Below, piece by piece: positions 8,909 through 18,433 of a DNA stretch of 64,000 nt. Under the pieces are notes generated by a model. That model ran no database searches, had not been told where the DNA came from, and saw only the letters and a program-made list of their open reading frames with translations. The stretch is from NCBI GenBank assembly GCA_963786105.1, contig CAWAXX010000018.1, positions 49,981 to 113,980 on the forward strand. The letters run 5' to 3'. Numbering within the stretch: the first letter of the stretch is position 1; every line of letters begins with the position of its first letter. The translations under genes and the position numbers were made by a program. Source of the DNA: Vulcanimicrobiota bacterium (GTDB lineage: Bacteria > Vulcanimicrobiota > Vulcanimicrobiia > Vulcanimicrobiales > Vulcanimicrobiaceae).

Positions 8909-10504
8909 TCAAAGCGTGTACTGGAAGCCGAAGGTGTTGCGGCGGCTCGCGTGCGTCATATCGCGCTGGCCGAAAAACAACTCGGCGTTCTTGGTCACGT
9001 GAATATTTCCATACAAATCGATCATCGGATACGTTAAGTCGTAAATGCGCGTCTCGAGGCCGAAGCCTTTGAGCGCGTTGACCTGCGCCATCACGCCGAT
9101 TTGCGAATAGAGGACGCCCCCGCCGAAACGAAAGCCGCTGTCCGAGCCTTTGAGCAAGACGGCGTTCCAGGTCGTGTTGTTGCCGATGGAGTTCGCGCCA
9201 ACCATTAAGCTCGTCGATGCGTGCGGCAACACTACCAGGTTTATGTCGCCAAGCGGGCCTTGGCTCTCGGTCATCACCGGGTTGAGGCCTGCCGACTGCT
9301 GCACCGAGAGGCCGCTGATGCGCAGTTGTATTGCCACCAAGTTGTGCAAGACGTTTTCGAGCTTGCCCTGCAGATGCTTGCGCGACTCCGGCGTCATCGC
9401 GTTGGCAGGCGCCTCGCCGCCGGCGGCGGAGCTCGACGCCGTCGGCAGTTGTCCCGATGGCACCGGATAGGGCGAACCTTGCGGGACGACGACCGGAGCG
9501 GGCGTCGCGCCGGCATCGACGCCGTACACGCTGCTGGTTCCGCCTAATTCGCCCAGTAGCGAGTTGGCCTTTTGCAGCGTGGCGTCGAGATTGGCGATCG
9601 TGTCGCGCATTTGCGCTTGGGTTTGCGGATTGCCGGTGACCGTCCGCAGGTCTTTGGTTAGCTGTGCCAGCGTCTGCGTAGCGTCGGCGATGCTTTGCGT
9701 GGTGGTCAGCACGTTGCTCTTGAGTTGCGGGTCGGTAGCCAGGCCCTGCAGCGCGCCCATCGATTTGTTGAGTGCCACCGACGTAGCCTCCAACTGATCG
9801 AGCAAACGATCGACTTTCTTAGAGTCTTTCGTTGCGGTACCGTTGAGCGTGTCGGTGAGCTGCACGACGTTGGTCCCGGCGACGGAAAGGTCGCCTTGCA
9901 GACTCGAGCCGAGCGCCAGCAACTCCGCCGAAAGCTGACGCATCGAGTCCTTCGTCGTCAACGTGAGTTGGTTAGCGTTGTCCAACGTGGTCTGGAGCGT
10001 ATTAAGTAGCTTCGGCGTGCGGGCTTCGAGCTCCGACATGACGACGTCGAAGCGTTTCACTTCACCCTGGCCCTGCTGCAGCAAGTCGGCGATCGTTGCC
10101 GTGTTCGTGCCTTGAGGCTGTTGAGCGACGGGCAATACTTGGCGGGGGAGCATCGCGTTGGGCGGCTGCGCCCCTGCCGGCGGCACGATCACCAAGCTCG
10201 GCGAGCCCGTGAGCGGCGCTTGGATCAAGAATTTCGACGCGGCAGGAATGTCGATGTCGCGATTAACCGCCAGGATGACGTCGACCGTATTGTCGGGCAA
10301 CAAGGCGATCGAGTCCACCGAGCCGACGCCCACGCCGCTGAAATACACCACGGCGCCCGGCGTAAGGCCGGCAGCCGACCTGAAGTGAACGCCCACGCGG
10401 TAACCAGTATGGCGCGTGCCGAAGTCGGTGATGACGTAGAACACTCCGAAGAGCAGCAGCAACGCGACGATGGCGAACGCGCCGACTTGAGCCTGCCTAG
10501 TCAT
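8909..10504 (-). CDS. MlaD/MCE-domain protein with long C-terminal extension (531 aa)
   Basis: N-terminal TM (VGAFAIVALLLLFGVFYVI) followed by an MCE fold (YRVGVHFRSAAGLTPGAVVYFSGVGVGSVDSI...DIPAASKFLI). Last gene of the mlaF/mlaE operon. Confidence 0.8.
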   Translation of the reverse strand: MTRQAQVGAFAIVALLLLFGVFYVITDFGTRHTGYRVGVHFRSAAGLTPGAVVYFSGVGVGSVDSIALLPDNTVDVILAVNRDIDIPAASKFLIQAPLTGSPSLVIVPPAGAQPPNAMLPRQVLPVAQQPQGTNTATIADLLQQGQGEVKRFDVVMSELEARTPKLLNTLQTTLDNANQLTLTTKDSMRQLSAELLALGSSLQGDLSVAGTNVVQLTDTLNGTATKDSKKVDRLLDQLEATSVALNKSMGALQGLATDPQLKSNVLTTTQSIADATQTLAQLTKDLRTVTGNPQTQAQMRDTIANLDATLQKANSLLGELGGTSSVYGVDAGATPAPVVVPQGSPYPVPSGQLPTASSSAAGGEAPANAMTPESRKHLQGKLENVLHNLVAIQLRISGLSVQQSAGLNPVMTESQGPLGDINLVVLPHASTSLMVGANSIGNNTTWNAVLLKGSDSGFRFGGGVLYSQIGVMAQVNALKGFGLETRIYDLTYPMIDLYGNIHVTKNAELFFGQRDMTHASRRNTFGFQYTL

Positions 10505-10582
10505 AGCTTCTTCGTATTATCCCTCCGTGAAAAAGTGCCTCGTAGCTCGCGATGGTTAAGGGAGCTGGCAAGAACCAGCCCC

Positions 10583-11338
10583 TTAAATCGGGATCGGCCC
10601 AACTTCGGACCCCTGCATGAACTGCTGGACGATCGGATTATTCGAACGCCGGATCGCGTCGACCGTGTCGTAAGCGATGATCGCACCTTCGAACAGCATC
10701 GCGACGTAATCCGCCATGATGAAGATCGACTGCAGATCGTGGGAGATGACGACCGCCGTGCCGTTGAGCTTCCGGCGCAGCTTCACGATCGTATTGGTGA
10801 TCAGGTGGGTGACGATAGGGTCGAGCCCGGTCGTCGGTTCGTCGTAAAGAATCAGATCGGGCCTGGTGACGATGGCGCGCGCGAAGCCGGCACGCTTGAG
10901 CATGCCGCCTGAGAGCTCGCTCGGCAGATTGTCGTACGTGTTCTCCAGACCCACGCTATCGAGCGCGTCCATCACCAGTTTGCGAATTTCCGCCGCCGGG
11001 AGGGCGGTATGCTCCTGCAGTGGCAGCGCGATGTTGTCACCCACGCTGAGGCTATCCAGCAGCGCGGCAAACTGAAAGGCGAGGCTGATCCTTTGCCGGG
11101 TGGGAATCAGCTGCTCTTCCGTCATGTGGCAGATGTCCTTGCCGCGCAAATACACGTGGCCGGATTGCGGGCGAATGAGGCCGTCCAGCAGGCGGAGGAT
11201 CGTCGACTTGCCGGCACCCGAGAGCCCGACGATGCAGGTAATCGCGCCCTCGACGATGTCGAGAGTGCAGTTCTTGAGCACGACCCGTTCGCCGAACGCC
11301 AGCGAAACGTCGTCGAGCTGGGCGATCAACTTGGCCAC
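10583..11338 (-). CDS. mlaF: ABC transporter ATP-binding protein, MlaF-type
   Basis: Walker A GLSGAGKST, signature LSGGMLKRAGFARA, Walker B LILYDEPTTGLD. Adjacent to the MlaE-type permease. Confidence 0.9.
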   Translation of the reverse strand: MAKLIAQLDDVSLAFGERVVLKNCTLDIVEGAITCIVGLSGAGKSTILRLLDGLIRPQSGHVYLRGKDICHMTEEQLIPTRQRISLAFQFAALLDSLSVGDNIALPLQEHTALPAAEIRKLVMDALDSVGLENTYDNLPSELSGGMLKRAGFARAIVTRPDLILYDEPTTGLDPIVTHLITNTIVKLRRKLNGTAVVISHDLQSIFIMADYVAMLFEGAIIAYDTVDAIRRSNNPIVQQFMQGSEVGPIPI

Positions 11339-11342
11339 GCCG

Positions 11343-12119
11343 CTACTTTCCTCCGAAGAGCAAGAACGACAGAACGAAGTTCGAGATGAAGATCAAAATG
11401 ATCGACAGCACCACCGAACCGGTGGTCGACTGCCCCACGCCGGCGGCGCCGCCGCGCGTCGACAGCCCTTGATAAGCCCCCACCATCGCAATAATGCACG
11501 CGAAGACCAGCGACTTCGCAAGGCCTTTGAGTACGTCCTCGAAGCCGACCGCCTGGCGCGCCGCGGAAAGAAACGTATCCGGCGAAATGTGGGCGTACGT
11601 TTGCGCGATCCACATTCCGCCGCCAATCGAAACGACGTCGGCGAAGATCGTTAGCAGCGGCAGCATGACCAGCATCGCCGTCAACCGCGGCACCACTAAG
11701 AACCGCGAGGGCTCGAGCCCCAACGAACGCAGCGCTTCGATCTGCTCGGTGACCACCATCGAGCCGAGCTCGGCAGCGATGGCCGCGCCGACGCGCCCGG
11801 CTACCACCACCGCCGTTAGCATCGGCCCCAATTCGCGAACCGAGGCGTAAGCCACCGCCGCGCCGACCAGGCTCCCGACGCCGTATTGCACGGCTTGCTG
11901 CGCCGACTCCAGCGAGATCACGGCGCCGGTGAACAGCGACGTCAGCAGCACGATGATGAGCGACTGCACGCCGAGCAGATAGCTCTGCGACACCGTTTCG
12001 ACGAAGCGGATCCGTAGGCGAACGATGAAGCCGGCCGACTCGGCCGACAGCAGCGTCAGACCGCCGGCATATTCAAAGAAGTTCTGGGTCGCGCGCCCGA
12101 CCCGGTCGAGCATCTTCAC
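11343..12119 (-). CDS. mlaE: ABC transporter permease, MlaE-type
   Basis: 258-aa polytopic membrane protein. GTG start in a GTGA overlap with the upstream gene. Operon context with MlaF and MlaD homologs. Confidence 0.88.
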   Translation of the reverse strand: MKMLDRVGRATQNFFEYAGGLTLLSAESAGFIVRLRIRFVETVSQSYLLGVQSLIIVLLTSLFTGAVISLESAQQAVQYGVGSLVGAAVAYASVRELGPMLTAVVVAGRVGAAIAAELGSMVVTEQIEALRSLGLEPSRFLVVPRLTAMLVMLPLLTIFADVVSIGGGMWIAQTYAHISPDTFLSAARQAVGFEDVLKGLAKSLVFACIIAMVGAYQGLSTRGGAAGVGQSTTGSVVLSIILIFISNFVLSFLLFGGK

Positions 12120-12460
12120 GATGGAGCCCGCCCCGCGATCGCATCGAGTTCGCGTAGAACTCCATCGGTGGCCTCAATGCGTTTAGCCGCAACGCCGCGT
12201 TCGGCCGTGAGGTTGAACTGCACTTGATTGAGATGGACCAGCCGCCGGTCGACGTCGCGCAAATGCGCGCGTGCTTCGCGACCGAAGGCCTCGAAATAGC
12301 GCCTTACCGCACTCAAATAGGCTTCGCGGGTGGGCGGATCGACGTCGCCGGCCTCGATCGCGCGCTCGACGTCGCGCTGCGCACGCTTCATGGCGCGGTC
12401 GGTAATGTGAAAAGCGCCGACGCGCGCCGCTAACTCGGCCACGCGCGGCTCAATCGGCAT
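12116..12460 (-). CDS. hypothetical helical protein (114 aa), translationally coupled to mlaE
   Basis: ORF between rph and mlaE with 11-nt and 4-nt overlaps. Charged, helix-prone sequence. I recognise no motif. Confidence 0.5.
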   Translation of the reverse strand: MPIEPRVAELAARVGAFHITDRAMKRAQRDVERAIEAGDVDPPTREAYLSAVRRYFEAFGREARAHLRDVDRRLVHLNQVQFNLTAERGVAAKRIEATDGVLRELDAIAGRAPS

Positions 12461-13190
12461 GCGCTGCAGCCGTCTCGGCTAAAACACCGCTCTGCAGCTC
12501 GAACAGCTTTTGTATTCCGCTCGCCGCCAGACCCAAGAGCGAGTCGAGGTCGCGACGATCGAACGGTGCCGCTTCGGCCGTTCCCTGCAGTTCGACAAAA
12601 CGGCCCGCGTCGGTCATGAAGACGTTCATGTCGACGTGCGCGCGGCTGTCTTCGTCGTAGGCGAGATCGAGAATCGCGTGCCCGTCGACGATGCCGACAC
12701 TGGTAGCTGCCACCGCTCCCGTGAGGGGCCAGCGCGCGCGATCGCTCTCGTCGAAAAGCGTGCGCAGCGCGAGCGCTAGCGCAACGTACGCACCCGTTAC
12801 GGCCGCGGTTCGCGTACCGCCGTCGGCCTGCAACACGTCGCAATCGATCCACAGCGTGCGTTCTCCCAGTTTCGCCGTGTCGGTTACCGCTCGCAGCGCG
12901 CGACCGATGATGCGCTGGATCTCGTGCGTTCGTCCGCCCAGGCGCCCCTTGGTGGCCTCTCGCTGCGTGCGATCCTGGGTGGCGCGAGGGAGCATGGCGT
13001 ACTCGGCCGTCACCCATCCTAGGCCACGGCCTTTCATCCAGGGCGGCACTCGATCTTCCACGGTCGCCGCGCACAGCACGCGGGTATTCCCAACGCTTAT
13101 AAGCACGCTGCCTTCGGCGTATTTCAAGAACCCGGGCTCGATTTTCACCGTCCGAAGCTCGTCCGGCCGCCGCCCGTCGCTGCGAATCAT
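12450..13190 (-). CDS. rph: ribonuclease PH
   Basis: [51 protein letters not shown]: canonical RNase PH. Confidence 0.95.
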   Translation of the reverse strand: MIRSDGRRPDELRTVKIEPGFLKYAEGSVLISVGNTRVLCAATVEDRVPPWMKGRGLGWVTAEYAMLPRATQDRTQREATKGRLGGRTHEIQRIIGRALRAVTDTAKLGERTLWIDCDVLQADGGTRTAAVTGAYVALALALRTLFDESDRARWPLTGAVAATSVGIVDGHAILDLAYDEDSRAHVDMNVFMTDAGRFVELQGTAEAAPFDRRDLDSLLGLAASGIQKLFELQSGVLAETAAAHAD

Positions 13191-13276
13191 ATCGCAGCGC
13201 AGTTATTGCCGCGCCGTCACGATTCCTATTCCGAGCGCGACGACTCGTCTTCGACGTAACGGTCGATGAGGCGTCC

Positions 13277-15133
13277 CTACTCTACCGTGACGGTTTTGGC
13301 GAGATTTCGTGGTTGGTCGACGTCTTTGCCTTCGATATCCGCAATGTGGTAGGCCAGGAGCTGCAACGGTATGACGTTGACGATCGGCGAGAGCAACTCG
13401 TCGACCTTGGGCACCCAAAAGACGCGATCGGCGACCACTTTGGCTTCCTCGTCGCCGTGATTGGCGACGACGAATATCGGCGCTTCGCGCGCCTTCGACT
13501 CCATGAGGTTTGAGAGCATCTTCTCGCGGACGCGGTCGTCGGTCATAATGCCGATGACCGGCACGCTCGAATCGAGCAGCGCGATGGGACCGTGCTTCAT
13601 TTCACCGGCCGGATAGCCCTCGGCATGGATATAGGAAATCTCCTTGAGCTTGAGGGCGCCCTCGAGGGCGGTTGGAAAGTTCACATAACGCCCGAGGAAG
13701 AGAATGCTGTTCGACTTGCGGATGCTTCGGGCAGCCTTGCGAATCTCGTCGGACGTATCGAGCACGACATCGACTGCCGCCGGCAGGAGTTTCGTGCCGT
13801 CGGCGATTTCGCGCAGGCGGCGAGCGTCGGCAGTACCGCGCAGCTTCGCCATATACAGTGCGAACAGCGTCATCACCGTTACCTGCGAAACGTAGGTCTT
13901 GGTGGCCGCCACGCCGATTTCGGGACCTCCGCGCGTATATAGCGTCCCGTCGGCCAGGCGGCTGAGATGGGAGCCCAGTACGTTGCACATGCCGAGTATC
14001 GCGCTGCCCTTTTGCTTGGCAATGCGCACGGCCTCGATCGTGTCGGCGGTTTCCCCCGATTGCGACATGGCGATCACCAGCGCGGTCGGATCGATGACCG
14101 GGTCGCCGTAGCGAAACTCGCTGGCAAGTTCCATCTCGACGGGCAAGTGGACGAGCGAGCGCAACAGATACATCCCCACCAGGCCGGCGTGATACGCGCT
14201 TCCGCAGCCGGTGATCGCGATTTTACTGATGTTGCGAAGCGCGTCGGCCGAAATGTCTCCCATCTCGCGGCCTAGGTGAACGTCGCCACGTTCGTCGATT
14301 CTGCCGGCCAGCGTTTCCTTGATGACGTTGGGCTGCTCGAAGATTTCCTTGAGCATGAAGTGCTTGAAGCCGCTCTTTTCAGCCGATCCGGCATCCCACG
14401 TCACCGCAATCGGGTCACGTTCGATAGTTTTTCCACCGTAGTCGCTGAGCTCGTAACCGTCGCGCCCGATGACCGCGATTTCGCCTTCTTGCAAGATGAC
14501 CTCTTTGCGCGTGTAGGGCAGGATCGCCGGCGTATCCGAGGCGACGTACATTTCACCGTCGCCGATGCCGATTACCAACGGGCTCGCGCCGTTGCGAGCG
14601 AATACCAAATGGTCCGGGTCGTCGCTCGAAATCACCCCGAGCGCGTAGGCGCCGCGCACTTCGTGCAACGTCGCGCGCACCGCATCGACCAGACGCGCGG
14701 CACCGCCGGCTTCCTTATAGTGCATCTCGACCAAATGCGCTAGCACTTCGGTGTCGGTTTCGCTGGCAAACGCGTGTCCGGCGGCGATCAGTTGGGTCCG
14801 TAACGAGGTGTAGTTCTCGATGATGCCGTTGTGAACGACGGCAATGGTGCCGCCGCAGTCCATATGTGGATGGGCGTTGGCATCGGAAGGCCGGCCGTGG
14901 GTCGCCCATCGCGTGTGCCCGACGCCGACCGCCCCGGCCAGCGGCTCGCCGTTGCTCAAACGCTCCGCCAATCGGGAGAGTTTGCCTTCTGCTTTCGACC
15001 CGCAAAGGGTCCCGTCCGAATCGATGACGGCGATGCCGGCGCTATCGTAGCCGCGATACTCCAACCGTCGCAACGAGTCGAGGATGATGGGAACGCTATT
15101 CTGAGTCCCGATGTAGCCGACGATTCCGCACAT
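13277..15133 (-). CDS. glmS: glutamine--fructose-6-phosphate aminotransferase
   Basis: MCGIVGYIG N-terminal nucleophile, two SIS domains, C-terminal DQPRNLAKTVTVE. Confidence 0.97.
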   Translation of the reverse strand: MCGIVGYIGTQNSVPIILDSLRRLEYRGYDSAGIAVIDSDGTLCGSKAEGKLSRLAERLSNGEPLAGAVGVGHTRWATHGRPSDANAHPHMDCGGTIAVVHNGIIENYTSLRTQLIAAGHAFASETDTEVLAHLVEMHYKEAGGAARLVDAVRATLHEVRGAYALGVISSDDPDHLVFARNGASPLVIGIGDGEMYVASDTPAILPYTRKEVILQEGEIAVIGRDGYELSDYGGKTIERDPIAVTWDAGSAEKSGFKHFMLKEIFEQPNVIKETLAGRIDERGDVHLGREMGDISADALRNISKIAITGCGSAYHAGLVGMYLLRSLVHLPVEMELASEFRYGDPVIDPTALVIAMSQSGETADTIEAVRIAKQKGSAILGMCNVLGSHLSRLADGTLYTRGGPEIGVAATKTYVSQVTVMTLFALYMAKLRGTADARRLREIADGTKLLPAAVDVVLDTSDEIRKAARSIRKSNSILFLGRYVNFPTALEGALKLKEISYIHAEGYPAGEMKHGPIALLDSSVPVIGIMTDDRVREKMLSNLMESKAREAPIFVVANHGDEEAKVVADRVFWVPKVDELLSPIVNVIPLQLLAYHIADIEGKDVDQPRNLAKTVTVE

Positions 15134-15159
15134 GGTTCGTGAACCTTACCGGAGCGAGG

Positions 15160-15432
15160 TTACTTGATTCCTTCGCGCGTGCGATGGTACGAAATCTTTC
15201 CCTCGGCGATTTCGTCCAGCGCGATCGAAACGGCCTTATTCGGGTTTATCGAATCCTTGTCGACCAGCGGCTCGCTTGCAAAGAATTCGCGGCGGTCGGC
15301 AGGCGGGAGCTGGGCAACGCGAATCCAGTTATTCAACTGGCGAGCGCGTTTGGTGACAATGTTGACGAGGCTGAACTTGGAATCGGCGTGTACGAGTAGT
15401 TTGTCCAAGTCGCCGAAAACGGATTTTGGCAT
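15160..15432 (-). CDS. rpoZ: DNA-directed RNA polymerase subunit omega
   Basis: 90 aa, SKFSLVNIVTKRARQL motif. Classic gmk-rpoZ pairing. Confidence 0.9.
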   Translation of the reverse strand: MPKSVFGDLDKLLVHADSKFSLVNIVTKRARQLNNWIRVAQLPPADRREFFASEPLVDKDSINPNKAVSIALDEIAEGKISYHRTREGIK

Positions 15433-15434
15433 AG

Positions 15435-16055
15435 TTACGATGATTGCACTTTCTCAATTGAGTCGTTGGTGTAGCGATGAATCCTGAAGCGTTCGGCGTG
15501 CAGGATTGCCTGCAGATCGCGGACCGCTTCTTCATGACGATCTTGTTCGTTGATCAGTAGATAGTCGAACTTCCGAACGAACGCCATTTCCTGATGGCCG
15601 ATCTCGAGCCGGCGCGCGATCTCCGCGTTCGTCTCGGTTCGCCGAGCGAGCAAGCGTTCGCGCAGATGCGAGAACCGGTCCGGCACTACGAAGATCAGTA
15701 CCGCATCGGGGTAGGCCGCCTTCACGGCCAGGGCGCCGTTGACTTCGGGCTTGAGGATCACGTCATCACCCTCGGCCAGACTCCGCTCGATGTAATCGCG
15801 CGGAGTGCCGTAAAGGTTGCCGCCGTACTCCTTCGTTTCGAGCAGCGCGCCCGCCGCTAAACGGCGTTCGAACTCCTGACGTGTAAGGAAGAAATAATGC
15901 TCCCCGTCTCGTTCGCCCGCTCGGGGGTCCCGGGTGGTCGCCGAGATCGAATAACGCAGCCGGGGCATTCGTTGCACGAGCGCCTCGACCAAGGTGTCCT
16001 TACCGGCACCCGAGGGGCCCGAGATCACGAAGAGCAAACCAGGCCCGGCGATCAC
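15435..16055 (-). CDS. gmk: guanylate kinase
   Basis: P-loop SGPSGAGKDTL, ISATTRDPRAGERDGEHYFF. Confidence 0.95.
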   Translation of the reverse strand: MIAGPGLLFVISGPSGAGKDTLVEALVQRMPRLRYSISATTRDPRAGERDGEHYFFLTRQEFERRLAAGALLETKEYGGNLYGTPRDYIERSLAEGDDVILKPEVNGALAVKAAYPDAVLIFVVPDRFSHLRERLLARRTETNAEIARRLEIGHQEMAFVRKFDYLLINEQDRHEEAVRDLQAILHAERFRIHRYTNDSIEKVQSS

Positions 16056-16109
16056 GCGAACTCCACGCTGAAGCAGGCCCTATCAGTTCATAACGAAGGG
16101 ACGGTTAAC

Positions 16110-17639
16110 CTGGTTACGGATTGGGTGCTCATCCGGCGGCTCGCCCACGAGCTCGAGCGGCGTCTGCGCGGCGGGCGCGTGACCGACGCGGGCCTTCTTC
16201 CGGACGGACGGGTCGCTCTCGCGGTGCGCAGCCGCGGGTCTGGGGTCTTGTTGGCCGTGGACGCCTTCGCCTCGCCCCCGCTGGTGACGCTCGAAGACGG
16301 CGAGTTGGGCATCGCCGCCGAGCCCGGGTTCGTCCGAGCCATGGCGGCGGCGTTGCGGGGGACGGTCCTCTCGGCGGTGCGGGCGCGGCGCGGCGACCGG
16401 TTGCTCCGCCTGACCTTTTCCTCGCGTTCCCGCTTCGGCGTGGACGATCAAGTGGAACTCTACGTCGAACTGGTGCCGCGCTTCGGCAACCTCGTCCTCG
16501 TAAAGCGCGACCGGGTAGTGGCGGCGGCTAAGGAGTTCTCGCTGGCCGAAAACGGGCGGCGCGCAGTCCAGGCCGGTTTGACGTACGCGCTGCCCCCGCT
16601 GCCTGCGACCAGTTCGCTCGTTCCCAAACTGGTAGCCCAGAGCGGCGTCGACCAGGCGGACTTCCTCGCGTTTGCCGAAGGCGATGCGGCTCTGCACGAT
16701 GCGCTCTATGTGTACCGCCGCGACGGACTCGTCGTCCAAACCCACCTGGTGCCCCTAACGGCCTTCGTCGACGCAGCGTCTACGCGGCAGCCGTCGCTCT
16801 TGGAGGTTCTGGCTGAAGTCCGTGCCCAGGAAATCGGCCTGCGTGACCGCGAGCGCACCGCCCGCCGGCGTCACGCGGCGGCCAAGCGACTCGCCGAGCG
16901 CGAACGAAAGCTCGGCGACGAACTCGACGCGCTGGCGGCCACACGAGTGCGCGCGAGCGACCGCGACGCGCTGCGCGTGGAAGGCGACGCCATTTTTGCC
17001 GGCTTGCACGAACTTCCCGAAAACGAGCGGGACGCCGCCAAGGACCGGGCGACCAAGCTTTTCGCGCGTTATAAGAAACTCGGGGCGGCGCTGCCCCACG
17101 TCGATCGGCGCGAACGGGAAGTCCGCGCCGCCTTGGCTGCCGTCGAAGAGTTCCGTTGGGAAGCCGAGCGGGTCGCGGCCGAGGACGTGGGCGATCTCGA
17201 AGCGGCGATCGATCAGCTCGACGGTCGCGGATCGCGCCGCGCGCGAGCGGCCGGCAGCTCGCGCAAGGGCAAGCGTGGCCTGCTGGAGTTCCGAACCTCC
17301 GGTGGTTCGCGCATCGTCGTTGGGCGCTCGCCCGGCGAAAATGCCGAGGTAACGTTTCGAATCGCACGCCCGAACGATTTGTGGTTTCATGCTCAAGGAA
17401 CTCCCGGCGCGCACGTCATTCTCGCGCGCGACGATCGCGGCGAACCGCCGCCCGAGGATATCGAAGCCGCCGCGTCACTCGCGGCGCACTATTCTAAAGC
17501 GAAAGGCAGCGCCCGGGTTCCGGTCGACTATACCTTGCGCAAGCACGTGCGCAAGCAGCGCGACGCGCCTCCCGGACTCGTCTGGTATACGAATCCCAAA
17601 ACCATTACGACCGCCCCACGCGACGCCGTGTCATCGTGA
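16110..17639 (+). CDS. NFACT-family RqcH/FbpA-like ribosome quality-control protein
   Basis: The N-terminus aligns to NFACT-N (TDWVLIRRLAHELERRLRGGRVTD). C-terminal NFACT-R/DUF814 (GSRIVVGRSPGENAEVTF..DLWFHAQGTPGAHVIL). Start is uncertain: CTG 16110 (GAAGGGA 9 nt upstream) or GTG 16125. Upstream of that, ORF 15897.. is antisense to gmk. Confidence 0.8.
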   Translation: MVTDWVLIRRLAHELERRLRGGRVTDAGLLPDGRVALAVRSRGSGVLLAVDAFASPPLVTLEDGELGIAAEPGFVRAMAAALRGTVLSAVRARRGDRLLRLTFSSRSRFGVDDQVELYVELVPRFGNLVLVKRDRVVAAAKEFSLAENGRRAVQAGLTYALPPLPATSSLVPKLVAQSGVDQADFLAFAEGDAALHDALYVYRRDGLVVQTHLVPLTAFVDAASTRQPSLLEVLAEVRAQEIGLRDRERTARRRHAAAKRLAERERKLGDELDALAATRVRASDRDALRVEGDAIFAGLHELPENERDAAKDRATKLFARYKKLGAALPHVDRREREVRAALAAVEEFRWEAERVAAEDVGDLEAAIDQLDGRGSRRARAAGSSRKGKRGLLEFRTSGGSRIVVGRSPGENAEVTFRIARPNDLWFHAQGTPGAHVILARDDRGEPPPEDIEAAASLAAHYSKAKGSARVPVDYTLRKHVRKQRDAPPGLVWYTNPKTITTAPRDAVSS

Positions 17640-17725
17640 ACAAGTGTCAGCGGGCGAAGGACGCGCCCACCTCAAGAGCGCAAGGAAGCGTCAAACTCGT
17701 GCATATCTAGGGAGGGAGCTCAAAC

Positions 17726-17836
17726 GTGAAAAATCCGCTGGATTCGCTGTGGGGCACCATCATCTGCGGCGTCATACTGACGGGCGTCCTATACTATCTC
17801 GCAAAACTGCTCATAGCCTCGGGAACAGGTGCATGA
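17726..17836 (+). CDS. small hydrophobic peptide (36 aa), not in the ORF track
   Basis: GTG at 17726 with GGGAGGGAG upstream. Product VKNPLDSLWGTIICGVILTGVLYYLAKLLIASGTGA has one predicted TM. Its TGA overlaps the ATG of the next gene (ATGA at 17833-17836). Confidence 0.45.
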   Translation: MKNPLDSLWGTIICGVILTGVLYYLAKLLIASGTGA

Positions 17837-18360
17837 TGCTGGATGATGCTTTGCGCGATGCGATTTTTCGTTGGCTCCACGTCTTGGCCGGCATCATGTG
17901 GATCGGCCTGCTCTATTACTTCAACTTCGTGAACGTCGCCGCGGTCAAAGCGGCGACCGCCGCCGGCGAGGCGGCTCCGATTTCCAAGTACGTCATGCCG
18001 CGCGCGCTGCTCTTTTTCCGCTGGGGAGCGGTGGTCACGTGGCTGTTCGGCGCGGCGCTGCTGGGAGGCGGAAGCATGCCGACCGTCAACGGCATGAACG
18101 GTTTCGTGGCCGCATTCTTGCTACAGGGGAGCATGGCGCCGATCGGCATCGGCGCGTGGCTGGGAACGATCATGCTGATCAACGTCTGGACCTTCATCTG
18201 GATGAACCAGAAGAAAATTCTGGGCATCGTTCCGGCCACCGACGAACAGAAAGTCAAGGCGCGCCGGGTGGCCTTCCTAGCATCCCGCGTGAACACCATG
18301 CTCTCGATCCCAATGCTGTTCTTCATGGTGACCGGACCCCACCAGCCGATCTTCCACTAG
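17833..18360 (+). CDS. integral membrane protein (resembles the PuuD/urate-oxidase N-terminal membrane domain)
   Basis: In-frame ATG 17833 of ORF 17389..18360. Motif FRWLHVLAGIMWIGLLYYFNFVN plus 3-4 further TM segments. The family assignment is from memory only. Confidence 0.65.
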   Translation: MMLDDALRDAIFRWLHVLAGIMWIGLLYYFNFVNVAAVKAATAAGEAAPISKYVMPRALLFFRWGAVVTWLFGAALLGGGSMPTVNGMNGFVAAFLLQGSMAPIGIGAWLGTIMLINVWTFIWMNQKKILGIVPATDEQKVKARRVAFLASRVNTMLSIPMLFFMVTGPHQPIFH

Positions 18361-18386
18361 CACTCCATCTGTATCGCGTAGCGACG

Positions 18387-18426
18387 CCCTTCGACTGCGG
18401 CGCTTCGCGCCTCCGCTCAGGATGAC
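18387..18426 (-). repeat. 40-nt intergenic repeat, copy A (GTCATCCTGAGCGGAG..GCAGTCGAAGGG)
   Basis: Reverse complement reads GTCATCCTGAGCGGAGGCGCGAAGCGCCGCAGTCGAAGGG, with core hairpin GGCGC-GAA-GCGCC. Lies between two convergent gene ends. Confidence 0.7.
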
Positions 18427-18433
18427 AACTGGA

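Noticed and set aside
15134-15159. glmS ribozyme upstream of glmS.
   Set aside because: Only 26 nt separate the glmS start from the rpoZ stop, which is far too short for the ~170-nt ribozyme. glmS appears to be co-transcribed with gmk-rpoZ.
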